In this document: one piece after another, positions 23,701 to 36,281 of the stretch
Layout of the letters: each line of letters begins with the position of its first letter
Position numbering within the stretch: position 1 is the first letter of the stretch
NCBI RefSeq assembly: GCF_000143415.4
Contig: NW_003314265.1
Span: 83,231-147,230 of the forward strand
DNA length: 64,000 nt
Direction: 5' to 3'
DNA from: Selaginella moellendorffii
Taxonomy: Eukaryota > Plantae > Lycopodiophyta
Translations under genes and position numbers: made by a program
Notes under the pieces: model-generated
What the model was told of the DNA's origin: nothing
What the model saw: only the letters and a program-made list of their open reading frames with translations
Database searches by the model: none

Positions 23701-25755
23701 AGGAACCTTGATTGGACGAGCATCCCCAGTTGGAATCGGATGACATGTGGTAATCTTGGCTCCAGACGATAGGTCAAAGTCAAAGAGATCAGAATACTCC
23801 TTCATGAGCCGGTCAACTATTGCAACACAAAAATCGTCAGAGGGATCAGAAAAGGGAAGAGCAGAATAAGATGGAAATACAAGAGGAAATAGTGGGGAAA
23901 CAAAAGTAATGGAAGCAGAGGTAGAAATAGAGGGACAAAGAGGTATGGAAGTGAGAGGAATGGATGAAACATAAGGAAGTATGAGACAAAGGGGAGAAGC
24001 CTCAAAGTCACACTTGGCATGATTGCGTTGCAACCAATCCATACCAAGAATGAGGTCAAAAGCTTGATTCGGCACCACCCACAACGACTGCAACTCAAGC
24101 TCGAGATCGCCCACACGCACAACTAGGTCTGCCTCATCCCGTGCACATGCACGTGTATGGCCGTTACCATAAAAAATGAAAACTGGTTCCACCGTACGAC
24201 GCAAGTGTAGACGACAATGTGTGGCAACAGGTCAAGCAATAGAAGATAAACTTGAACCTGTATCAACCAACACGGAGAGAATAATAGGAGACCTCTTGTT
24301 ATAAAGACAAGCTTGGAAAGTAAACACTAGATGAACTGGTGCCAAGTGAACCCCTTGATAATACTCCCGAAAGAAAGATGGAGGGGTCACTGACTTATTC
24401 GCGCAAGGTCCCTTCGTTACTCGCGCGACTCCTCGTTTCCTGGATGCATCTCAGTGTCCAAACCTTCCATTGCAGCAGCACCAACAGGACGTTGCTGACG
24501 CCAAGGTCTCCACCCAGGAAATGGAGGTTGCCAATCCGGAAAACGCCGACAACACTGATAAGTATGACCAACTTCATCACATGCCTAGCATCAAACATCA
24601 CGGCCACGACCACGTCCTCGCCCTTGACCTTGGACTCGAGCAGCAGCAGCATCAACCTCCATTGGAACAAGACCATCACCCACAGAAAGTGGAGCTGAAG
24701 GACGTGCAACGAGAAGTGGAAAAGGCGATGTCTCATAACGTTGTGCCAAGCGAAGAGCATCGTCAAGGGTGGTGGGAGCAAGTGCATGCACAAGTCCGAC
24801 AAGATCTTGACGTAGTGTTGGCCACAACATTCCTAGCTTGATCTGCTCCGACATATTGGGCTCCGTACGAAGCAAAAGACTTCGGAAACGAACACCAAAT
24901 TGCATCACCAACTCAGATGGCCCTTGGCAAAGACGATGCAATTGTTGGAAAGCATCATCACAGTCATCGGCATGTCCGAAGGCGCATTTGAAGACATCCG
25001 GAAGAACACTCCAATCCCCATGAGTGGCTGCTCCCAAACTGTTGTACCACTGCAACGCCGTCCTTTGCAGACACGTGGGAAACTCATGCAAACGTCGAGC
25101 ATCATCCCAAGAATGATATATGGCAATCACCGTAAAGTGATCAAACCAATGGTACACATCATCCCCAGGATTCCCGTGAAAGAACTCCCGCCGAACGCGA
25201 GGATTGGCACCAAGAGCAAGAGGAGTTGTACCATATGCCGTGAACGCCGCCATCAACTGAGTTTAGTTGTTCAATTGCAAACGCATAGCATCAAGCAATT
25301 GTACCAACTACTGCTCTAGAGTCAGGAGGAGATTGCTGATTTGCCATGGAGACGAATGAAAAAAAAAAAGCAAAAGAAGAGAAATGACAAAAAGCTAGAA
25401 AGAAATGGTAGATCTAGACAATGCAAAAAGCTAGATCTAAACCAAAATCCTGAAAGAAAAGAACAAAAGAAAGGAAATGGAAAAGGCTAGATCTAGACAA
25501 TGCAAAAGCTAGATCTAAACCAAAATCCCAAATCCAAGCACTCCCCAGGGACAATCAAAAGTGCCCCTCATCTCCACCAATGTGAGTGTATGGAATATGG
25601 AAAGGGAATACAAAAATGTGCATATCAATTAGCCCAAAAACCCTAGTTTATATACAAGAGCGAGTGGTCCGGATTGAAACCAATCCGACGGCTACTAAAA
25701 TCCCACTACGCTAATATTAGTATATGGCATCGTAACCGTACACTTGGCCCTCACA
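20750..25755 (-). mobile_element. Full-length (about 5.0 kb) Ty3/gypsy retrotransposon, family 1, with frameshifts and stops
   Basis: 175-bp LTRs at 20750-20924 and 25581-25755, perfect 4-bp TSD GCTA, PBS TGGTGGAGATGAGGGG (tRNA-Ala-like), PPT GAGAGGAGGGGATGA. Order gag, PR (LVDTGSS), RT (FIDD), RNase H, integrase (ORF 20957-22222). No chromodomain seen. Confidence 0.96.
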
Positions 25756-28140
25756 GCTATAAAATATATTATTTCTTTTAGATACCCTAAATTATCATTA
25801 TTTCATTTAAATTAATATGGATAAATTAGTTTGGCTTGTTTAATATAGTTCTAAAAGTATTGGTAAGTCTAGTGTAACCTTAGTACTTTGCGTAAAGTTG
25901 TGTGGCAATAACTTTCCTTTTAAAGTTTAGTTACATGCTAAAGCTCTTAATAATATTCTTGGGTGTATCAAATCACTATGAAATAAATCCTGTATATCAT
26001 TATAATATAAAAATATTTCCAATAGAATTTGAAAGATTTGCCATTGGAAAGAATTCCTTGACCAACTAATAATTAAGTACATCTAAATAATTTCACCATA
26101 TCTAGTAAATTTCTTATCTATATGTTAACATAATCTTTCATGAGCAGCTTTATAAACTTGATGTTGCCACACGCAAAAACAATCCTCTATTGTAGAAGTC
26201 GACGAAGCTTAATCACTATGTTCTTCATATCTTATTATAAGATATCATATAGCTAGATTTGAAGAGGATTGTACATAAATTTATAAGTATTTTCCTTGTT
26301 GAATTTTACTTGAGAGCAATTAGTTTTTCATATTTATAATTTTGAATAAAATCATGATCTTTATAATAACTAGTAAAGCAATACTTCTCATAAACTTGGT
26401 ATTAAATTGGTAAACTGTATAATCTATCCTTTGTTTTCTCCAACTAAAGACTAGCTTGTATATTGGTATGGAACACCTTATCAGATTTATTTGTCAAATA
26501 AAAAGAATTTACATGTTAAAATAATGATTTACTTACCAAATTTCTCCTTCCAGTCATCTTAAAATACTTGATAAAAGCTTTTTCATCTTGAAAACCTATC
26601 TTAAAATGTTCAATAAGTTTCTTAAATTCAATTTTCATAATATTATCATTCTAAAAAGTTGTGTGAATCAAATAATACATAATATATTTCCATAAAGTGG
26701 CTCAAGGTTTCACCTTATAAATAATATGCTTGAGCTAGTGCTTTTTCTACTTTTACATATTCTTATTTCTTTACAAATTAGGGCTTCAGAATGTTGGCAC
26801 CATGGCAATCATTGGTTACTAGGGCTTTGTCAATGTAACAGAGCTGGCTCCATTAGGGTTCTACTTGATTGTTGGGGTAACTAATAAGGATCACTTTTAT
26901 TGTTATGTATAAATTGTTGTATAAAAGATAATGTCCATACCAATTTTAGCAATTGTAGATTGTAACTAATAGTGAGAGTAGCACTTATGATAGTAGATAG
27001 CAATAGTAGTGTAGAGATCAACAATGAGGACAAGATAGATATTCCTTCATTTGCAAATTGGAACGGATTAGAATCATAAAAGAGATATGATAGTGAAGTT
27101 TGTTTGACATTATCTTCTTTGTGATTGCAATTTAAAGCAAATAAGCCATGCATTAGGCACCACCCAATAATACTTTTAGACATTGCACCAATTTGGTTGG
27201 CATAAGGTTTATGTTCACAACAAATTGTAGCAAAGCTTCAAGAGCTGATCCCATTAGAGGCTGGTGGGATCAACTAAGGAGTCTAGAATATGCATAAATC
27301 ATTAAGTAAGTTTGTTTTAAAGTCTTCACCAAGAAAGTCTATGAGACATTTATCTTTGTCAACCTAAAAGGCTATGGAAGACGTTTCCTGGGTGATAGAT
27401 TACCAATTGTACAATATTACAGCCTCTATATATGTGTGACACATAACAGATTCTTCTAAATACTTTAATTCTAAAACACTTTTTTTTATTCCTCTAGTTT
27501 GGTGTAAATTAACACAATGAAACCTATGGGTTCATGGGTATTCCACTATATAATTATTATTGTTTTGTGCACTAATATATGAGAGGATACTATCTACAAC
27601 CTTTACACTTCAACAATAAGACTATTAAAGATGACTTTGCCAAATTTTATAACTATATCAAGGAAAACATAAATATTGTATGAGGTTTGAAGTAGAAATT
27701 CATTCATTCAAGGAAATTTCATATGTAATTAAGTAAGTTCTTCCTATTATCCACAATTTTTATATGACTTTTTTCCCATTTTATAAATGATAGAAATGTG
27801 AGTGTTTCAATCAGTTTTATTAGCATTTTCTCTAGAAGTTGGAATTTGAGTAATATTTTGATCCAACTAATCCTCTAGATTATCATAACTTTTCAAAGGT
27901 TTTTATACCAAAACTTGCTATAAGACAAGGACAATATATTTAAGTTTGGAATTGGTATAAAGTCTATGGATGTAAAAAGGGTGCCCATGCTATACTACCA
28001 CACATTCCTCAAGATTTGTGAAAGTTAAAGGAGTGAAAACATGAGTTTTGATAATACCTTTGATATTTTTTTTTGTTTTTTGTTTTTAATTTTAACATTA
28101 AGAATTTTATAGGATTATAAAATAATTGTGCTATTATCAA
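25756..28140 (-). mobile_element. Continuation of the AT-rich block: decayed Mutator-like transposase remnant, copy 2
   Basis: Resumes homology with 3218 onward. Minus-strand fragments FQDEKAFIKYFK, YLTNKSDKVFHTNI and HEPIGF resemble MULE motifs. Many stops; no TIR found. Confidence 0.45.
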
Positions 28141-28194
28141 TGGGAGGCAAATGTATCAACTAGTAGATATTTGTTGGCCAGTCCTTACGAACAC

Positions 28195-29880
28195 TCTTTC
28201 TTTATTGAAACGACGGCAGGAGGTCGGTACTACTGGTTCCCTTTATTAACCCCTCTTATCCAAGTGTTAGTAAACTAGACTTAGCATCTGTACTTAGCCG
28301 GATGAGCATAAGGAAGGAATCTCTAAGTGTTTATTTAGCCAAGCATACTTGGCTTGGCTTATTAGTTCTCTTTTGCTTTGTTTTGCATTGGCTTGGCAAA
28401 AACCCTTATGTATTGAGACTAGTCCTTCAATATCGTCGGATGATAGCTTACTGTGTCTGCTAAACACCCTTGCTATCATACCCTTTGTCAATGGGGTTTT
28501 AATTAATTTATCCTCTATAAACCATAGAGTCCGATTTCGACCTGCTCGAAACCGGGAAAGAGCTCTTCAAGATTTTTTTTAGGGCGGGTGTGACGAGGGG
28601 GACAAAGTAGAATTGGTACTCGAGTCCGTAACCTCCAATCCTCCAGCTTCCAAAGTTCTTGGTGTTGAACTCTGTCGACTCGAGGAGGTACACGTGCCGT
28701 CGTTCCTGAACATGTGCTGCCAAATCCATATTGGTGGTTTCCACGCCCATTCTTCTTCTCCAGCCTCGCTTCTTCCTCTAAAAAACGGCCACAGCTCCTT
28801 CTCCTTCGCTATCTTCCCTTCCTTGCCGTGTTTGATCAGCATGTCCAGGCAAGCTGTGAGTGAGACGATCAATCTGGACCAAACCTTTGAGATAGTTGCT
28901 CGAGCCGAGGGGTCCGTGTCATTGAACAGCCTGGCGCAGCGAGCCTTCCATATCTCTGCTAGTGTGCATCCCCGAAGCACATCGAAGAGCTCCTGGTGGA
29001 GATGTTTAATGTGTGTTCGAGTTTGGTTAAGTTGATCAAAGTGTGGGGCTTCGTTGTGTCGCCACTTCCATGCATCAGGATTCTTTGTTTTTCCCTGGAT
29101 GAAACTACCCCAAAACACTGATTCATATGTGATTGCAGCTCCTCCGATTGACGTTCGTTTGAGTACTGCTGCTGCACCTTCCCATACTTCCTGTGCTACT
29201 GGGCATTCCCATAAGATGTGTCGCTGTGTTTTTGTGGCTCCACAGGTCTTGCAGGCGGTGTTTGGGAGATGTATGGCTGCCAGAGAGGGAAGATGTTCTT
29301 GTTGGGCCAGCCACATGAAATAGTAGTTCTTAGCTGACCAACGCCCCTTCCAAATCTTGTTGATGCAGCATGAGTGGTTCCTGGAGGGGATCTGTTGGGC
29401 CTTTGCTTTCCGGATGAGGGAGGATCGAGTCGGCACTCTAATTAGTTTTCGGCCAAGCTTGGTTTCGTACTGGAAGAAGCCCTTGCACATGGTTCCTCTC
29501 CAACACCACTCTGCAGGATCCCACTTGAGTTCATCCAGGGTTTGTTGGCGGAACCAGTAGAGGTGGGCATATTGTTGTTCTGGGATCAATGGATCAACGT
29601 TGGCAGTTTTTTTCTCCATTTGAATCACTCTGATCGGTTTAGCTCTGCTCATATCAGGGAGGTCCTTGTACTCAGGGGAGATGATGGGGTACAGGCGTCC
29701 GGCCTGTCCTACCTTAAAGATTAGTCCTGATGCCATGTTGGGGAGGGCGCATACAATTGACTCATCCACCTTCCACCATCGATGGTGTTGGTCTTCTTGC
29801 AGGTTTAGTGTTTGGTTGCTAAAAAGGCATTCTATATTTAATAAGTTTTGAGCTTGTCCCAAAGACTAACTCCTGGTACT
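28195..29880 (-). mobile_element. 5'-truncated LINE (L1-like ORF2 C-terminus and 3' UTR)
   Basis: 427-aa ORF 28579-29862 with a zf-RVT-type motif (IWK...FMWL...CKTC...HILWECPVAQEVW). AATAAA on the minus strand at 28201-28206. Confidence 0.85.
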
Positions 29881-29884
29881 AAGG

Positions 29885-30322
29885 GAGGCTTAGGGTGAAA
29901 GCCCAAAGCATGTGTTCCTCAAAGGGGGTTTTAAATGTATAGTAGGGATAGTGATTGGAATGCATATCCGACCACCTGAGACATTAGTTTGGCTCTCACT
30001 GGGTTGTGTCGCTCTTTGTTCTGCGTCCAAGTTGGGTCTAAGCCCAAACTCCATACTACTTTAGTCGGTGGGGTATCCTCCTCCTCGTGTTAGGCTACCA
30101 GTATGCCAAAATTGTGTCAGACTCCATTTAACACCATTTTGCGTACAAGTGCTGGATACGAAGAGTTGGTGCTCATGGAATTGTACTAGACCTTTATTTC
30201 GTAGTGTAACCGGCTTGGAATTCGGCTCCAAATTCAAGTGCACTACACCCAATTCCCATTTAAACAAAAAGTATCAAGCTTTATGCCTATTGAAGGTAAA
30301 TGGATCTAAAGCTCAAACTTCA
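29885..30322 (+). mobile_element. Truncated LTR fragment
   Basis: Contains GGGTGAAAGCCCAAAG and GGGGGTTTTAAATGTATAGTAGGGATAGTG; homologous to 4054-4597. Ends approximate. Confidence 0.65.
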
Positions 30323-32369
30323 TTATTTTTAGTTTGTCTTTATATCTATGCTTTTATACATGATAGTATTCAAATAAAAAACATGGCATATAAAGGTCTC
30401 AATGGGATAAAAAGTCTTGTTGACAAACTTAATGAACTAATATTCAATAAGCACATGAGGAGATAATTAATTTAATATACTTCTTTACAAAACTACATTT
30501 GAATATTAAATTCTATCATCTAAGAAGGAATTCCCACTATGCTACCCTCTCACCATTGCATTGATTGTAAGCAGTTTTTGTTATATTGGGATGCAATTTA
30601 ACTTTGGAAATACATATAAAATAGAGGGAGTCTCAATATCAAAGGATGAAATGATCATTTATGGGCAAATGGAATGTGCTTGAGAAATATTGGGCATAAT
30701 AGAGAAAGGAAGTTGCTGTGAGTTAGGAGGCTAAGTATTGTTATAAAATCAAAGAGCTTGTGCAGTTATGGGGTGTAAACTATTTAATCTATAATTCTCT
30801 CTTTGTAATACTTAGGTAGCACTTCTCTACACACAAACCATCTAAAGAAGTTCTTGATCATGATCTCATGCATTTTCATTTTCATTTTGACTCATGCTAA
30901 ACAAATTATTATCTATTAGTGTTCTAAAGTTCCTACTCTAGGCTATCAACCATCCTCTTACACTAGTTTTTTCATAATAACAATTTTATACATCATAAAG
31001 CCTTTAATGTAGATAGAGTTAGGTAAAAAACAAGAGTTGCACAATTAATTATAGTGTCAAATGGTGATGCATTGACTAGACAAGGAAGATATAAAAGAAG
31101 TTGATACACTTATCCAAATCACTCTATAAAGTGTTATTATTTCTAATTCAAGCTCACACAACTCATTGAAGGTCATCCATGTTTCATAATGAGGTCCACC
31201 ATTTGTAAAGGATCTTAAAGATCCCAACTTTATGGGCTAGTATGCTTGCAAAACCAAAGTGAGCTCAATAAAAGGAAGTTTTGGAGTACCTAAAGCAAAT
31301 ATAAATATCCAATAACATCTAATGGCTTGTTGAATTTGACCCATACTTGGAACAACCATAGAATCTAGTATGGAAACAACTTACTTTGTACTGGATATAT
31401 GATGATCACACTTCATCTTATGTAGTGCTACACTCTTAAACAATTGTTTTGGGCATAACTACTATAAATGGCTTCAAAATTGAATCAACAAGATGTTATA
31501 TTATATTTTGTATAACTCTTACAATACAAATTGTGACACACACCATATGCATCACAAAGTTTGAGCAGTGACCAACTTTTAAATTGCTCTATAGAGTCCT
31601 TAATACCAAAAAAATAAAAAACCCAAGCAAGAGATGAAGATAAGTTTTTAACGTCATATGGATTCTCTGCATACACCTGCTAATGCTAGGTGGAAAAGGA
31701 GGGATTACCTTGATAAAGTATCAAATAGTGCATAACTAACTGCTCCTAGAGCTTGTCATGTTGTGCCGCCTTAATTAAATTTGTCTTAAATAATAAAGTT
31801 GATTTGTTGCATTGACTTCTCATAAGCCAGCACCAATATCCATGCACTAGTACCAAATATAATTATAATTAACAATCTAAAGTATATGTATTCTAAAGAC
31901 AGTTGCAAGTACTAAGATGATGTGGATCAACATGATCTTGAATGTGAATTTTTTTAGACTCTAACCAATTTGCATTTGAGAGTGAGAAGATGGAGGAGGT
32001 ACTAACCAACAGTAACTGGGCAATAAGAACATCCTCAAAATTGCATATTAAAGAATATACAGTTTATATGAGTTTTTGTTAATGCTTTTTAATTTGAATA
32101 ATGCTTATGATGAATTAAGTTGTTTATGATATGTTAAAGATTATTACTAACTCTATGTGTTTCAATCCATTGAGCACCATAGATACTACAATGATTGTTC
32201 TACATTTTCATTATGTCCTCAACCCAATATCTACTATCTAGTGAGGAGTCTCACCATTCTATGGCAACCCTCTATTATTAGATTTTGGCTTATGATTGAT
32301 AGCTATTCTCAAAATTAAAAGTATGAGTATGTTACCCAGCTTGAGCAGTCAATTTATTTTCTCTGTCAG

Positions 32370-32812
32370 AAAGTGGAACATTCACAAGCAATTTCAAGAA
32401 TGAAGTTCCACCGGCCTACGATCATTCAAGAAAAATTTAAGAAACTCAAACTGCTTTGGAGCCTTTGTACCATCGCATCAAGGAAGCAAATGAAGATGAA
32501 GAGAATCACCGGTGACACTGCCACTCGCAAATTCGAAGAAGTAAAGGAAGGAGCTTCGAGCTGGTAGAGCGATTTAGTGCCGAGAAACTCCAAGCCCCAG
32601 AGGTCATCCACATCGACTCAGAGGTGGAGCGTGCATTGTAAATTCTCGACAGGATCATCGAGCTCGTGGAGAACTTAAAAGTCACAGACAGCGTCCTCGG
32701 ATCCATTTCCCTCAGCGGTCTCGGCTGCTTCAGCATCCACGAGCAAAGTAGGAAACGGCGAGGTAGAAAAATTGACACTGCCCGAGAGCGCCAGAAAAAC
32801 TCTCTCCAGTGA
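32370..32812 (+). pseudogene. Inverted duplicate fragment of the START-like gene 3' end
   Basis: KQMKMKRITGDTAT...VIHIDSEVERAL matches 40300-40700 (-); frameshifted. Confidence 0.85.
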
Positions 32813-32876
32813 CAAGACAATTTAAGAGGAAAATGTTTAAACTAGGGTTCTCTGGGTGGGCTTTGGCGGGAAGGCG

Positions 32877-35428
32877 ATGGGGAAGGCGGCCGGGAGCTTC
32901 GGTAAGATCTCTCTCGATGCCGGTAGAATGCGGGTGTTTTACTGTGGATTATGGCGCAGGCGATGATCTGGGGGACGATTTCCTCACGTCTTGGAAGCCT
33001 GGGAAGCTCACCGCGGCGCCGGGGCTGGATCTTGACGACTCGCCGCCTCGGCCCATGGCCAAGACCGGGAAGACGTTTGATCTCTCCAAATTGTGAGTGG
33101 ATGGATTCCGATCGTTTCTTGCTTGTGGACGTGATTGATCGCTGCGATGAATCTTGTTGCAGCGATATGGATTTGGACCTTGATGGAGGTTTTAACAAGC
33201 TAGCCTCGTTTAATATCGATCTCGATCTCCCTGGCATTGACGCTACGATGGAGAAGAACGCTGACACTGGATCCAAAACTAAAGAAGTGAGTTCTCGGTT
33301 TAAAGGCCAAGCTCTAAGTTGAGGATACAGTCCATGGAGGTTTCTCCAGTTTGTCGTCCCCCTACTCGAGACAAGCTGCGCGTTGATCTCTCCGACAAGA
33401 ACCCTGACAAAGTGAGTTTTTCTCTTTTTTTTTGTTTAGAGGCTCAAGTTCTTTAGGATACAGTCGATGGATATTTCTCCAGTATCTCGTCCCCCTGCTC
33501 GAGACACTGATCGCTCCGACAACAACGTTGAGACTGGATCCAAAGCTAAAGAAGTGAGTTCTGGTTTAGAGGCAAGCTCTAAGTTCTTGAGGATACAGTC
33601 GATGGAGATTTCTCCAGTATCTCCCCCCCCTGCTCGAGACAAGCTGCGCGTTGATCTCTCCGGCCTGGATTCGATGAATGAGAAGAACGCTGACACTGGA
33701 TCCAAAACCAAAGAAGTGAGTTCTCTCTCTTTTTTTTTGGTTTAGAGGCCAAGCTTTAAGTTCTTGAGGATACAGTCGATGGAGATTTCTCCGGTATCTC
33801 GTTCCCCTGCTCGAGACAAGCTGCGTATCTCCGGCCTGGATTCTGACAAGAACCCTGACACAGGATCCAAAACTAAAGACGTGAGTTCTTTTTTTGTTTT
33901 TGCTTAAAAGACCAAGCTCTAAGTTCTTGAGGTTACAGTCGATGGCTGTTGTTTCTCCAGCATCTCGCCCCCCTGCTCGACACAAGCTACGTGTTGATAT
34001 CTCCGGTCTGGATTCTAGGAATGACAAGAACGCTGACACTGGATCCAAAACTAAAGAAGTGAGTTCTCCTGTTTATTTTGCTTTAGAGGCCAGGCTCTAA
34101 CTTCTTGAAGGATATAGTCGATGGAGAAAGGACCCGTTGTTTCTCCAGTATCTCGTCTCCCTGCTAGAGGCAAGCTACGTGCTGATCTGTCCGGCCTAGG
34201 TTCTAGGTATGACAAGAACGCTGACACTAGATCCAAAACTAAAGAAGTGAGTTCTATGTTTTTTGCTTGAGAGGCCAAGCTCTAAGTTCTTGAGGATACA
34301 GTCTTCTCCAGTATCTCGTACCCCTGCTCGAGACAAGCTGCGTGTTGATCTCTCCGGCCTGGATTCTAGGAATGACAAGAACGCTGACACCGGATCCAAA
34401 ACTAAAGATGTGAGTTGTCTTTTTTTTTTTGCTTGAGGCCAAACTCTAAGTTCTTGAGGATACAGTCTTCTCCAGTATCTCGAACCGCTGCTGGAGACAA
34501 GCTACGTGTTGACCTCTCCGGCCCGGATTCTAGGAATGACAATAACACTGACGCTGGATCCACAAGTAAAGATGTGAGTATGTTTGTTTTGAAGGAGAAA
34601 AGAACGATGTTAATCTCTTTCCATCCTAGGTTCCAGCAGATAAGCTGGACTCCTTTGAGGTAGACCACTCTGATGCTGCAAAGGAGAAGAGCAACGGATC
34701 CAAAGGCAAAGATGTGGTACGATCGGTGGACGAGTATTCTTCATCACCTCCTCCTGCTCGAGAGAACAATCCTGCCATCTATGCCATCAATGTAAGTAGT
34801 CCCTGCCAAGAAGTCTACTTATCTTGGAGAGTTTCCAGGTGCAAGAGATGGAGTGGCGACCGGAGCCTGCTCCCCCGCTGGCCATCGATGTAAGTCGTTC
34901 CTGCAAAGAAGTCTACTTACCTTGGAGATTTTTCCAGGCGCAAGAGATGGGGTGGCGACCGGAGGCTCCCCCCCCGCTGGCCATCGATGTAAGTAGTTCC
35001 TGCTAAGAAGTCTACTTATCTTGGAGAGTTTTCCAGGCGCAAGAGATGGAGTGGCGACCGGAGCCTGCTCCTCCACTGCTGGAGAAGCCTGAAAACGAGG
35101 TGGTCGACAAAGTGGACTGCTACACGGAAGTTCTGGAGGAGGTGAAGGGCTTGTTTCACCTCCTAACGTTAACTCCTTTCATGTCCTTCGCATTCTAGAT
35201 GTGTAAGATGCTCAAGCAGAAGAAGGAGGAAGCCACAGATCTTCTGGTGAGGGCGATCGTTGCAAACAACAAGCTGCTGTTGCTCAACAGTCCCCTGCAC
35301 GACGAGAAAATATCCTTGCATTTCTCAGTTTCAAAGAGCTTGCTTCCTTTCCTTACTACATTTCTCTTCACATCCAGCTTCTCAGGCGCTCTGTGAATGA
35401 ATTACTGGGAGAACCTTCTAAAGTCTGA
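32877..35428 (+). CDS. At4g18490-like uncharacterised plant protein with tandem-exon repeats (about 17 exons)
   Basis: N-terminal [12 protein letters not shown]...[20 protein letters not shown] and C-terminal [44 protein letters not shown] match the family's conserved ends as I recall them. All predicted exons splice in frame. Confidence 0.8.
33287..34573 (+). repeat. Tandem intron+exon array, 8 phase-0 exons
   Basis: Exons 33331-33411, 33464-33553, 33599-33715, 33776-33880, 33939-34058, 34118-34246, 34302-34409 and 34466-34573, each preceded by TAYAG and followed by GTGAGT. Confidence 0.9.
34792..35078 (+). repeat. Second intron+exon array, 3 units of about 98 bp
   Basis: 51-nt exons 34839-34889 and 34938-34988 plus the start of the exon at 35037 (xQEMxWRPExxPPL), with GTAAGT...TTCCAG introns. 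Confidence 0.9.
35310..35371 (+). other. U12-type AT-AC intron
   Basis: 5' site ATATCCTT, branch-like TTCCTTACT, 3' CAC. Splicing gives in-frame HDEK|[18 protein letters not shown]. Confidence 0.8.
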
Positions 35429-36281
35429 GGTGCTTGGTTTGTTTACTGTCCAACGTCAAACGTAAACGTTTGATCGTGCTACTTAGTTTAATAAGTTTCG
35501 AGAGTTAAGGTTAAGAAGATTATATATTTTGGTATGGTATTGGCAGGACGTGCTATCAAAAATATCAAGCCTGGAAAAATCTGATATTCTAGGTGGTTGT
35601 CAAGTCTTGTGTATATTTGCATGAATCGCACGCATGTAACTACTGCTTACAACGTGGCAACGTGTTGCCCATGGAAGGACTAGGGCTTCTTTCTTTCCCA
35701 CGAAAATTTAAAAAGAACCTCACAAAGACAAAGTGAAAGGAAAAGGAATGTTTGATTTGAAACTAATGTTATATCTCTAATAAATGCCAAACCATGTAAA
35801 TACAAAAGAGATGGCGCGAAATTGGGTCGGGCGATCGCTCCGCCGACGCCCCCACCAACCGCAGCGATCTCCCGGCGCGCGGCGCCGTCGGATCACTCCC
35901 TCTTGGCACCGCGACCGTTGGATTGAGGAATATACGTGGCGGGATGTACGGCGTCTCCCCGCTCCCAGGCGTTCGCCCCGAAGAAGAAGAAGAAGAAGAA
36001 GAGGGATTCTTCGTTAGGTTCTATAGAGAAATTTGGAGCTTGTCCGGAAGAACAGTGGAAGAAGTAGAGATCTAGCTCCGGGCAGCTTCTAGGAACCGCA
36101 GGAATCGAAGGATGAGAGTCTCGCGTAGGGCTTGGTCGCGGTAGCGGCATCTGGATCGATAGGAGCAGCCATGAATTCCAGGTGTAGAGTGGGGGATCAC
36201 GACCGGCGGCGCGATAGAGGGCAAGAACGCGAGATTACGGCGAGGAATCGCTTGTAGCAGGCCAAGGATTCGAGGCGAGAG

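Noticed and set aside
2225-32370. Helitron or bounded Pack-MULE explanation for the gene fragments
   Set aside because: No convincing TC..CTRR ends with a hairpin, no TIR pair and no 9-bp TSD found; the fragments match the adjacent locus in order.
33287-35078. CRISPR-like or satellite interpretation of the repeat arrays
   Set aside because: Eukaryotic context, no unique spacers and no cas genes. The units carry splice sites and in-frame exons.
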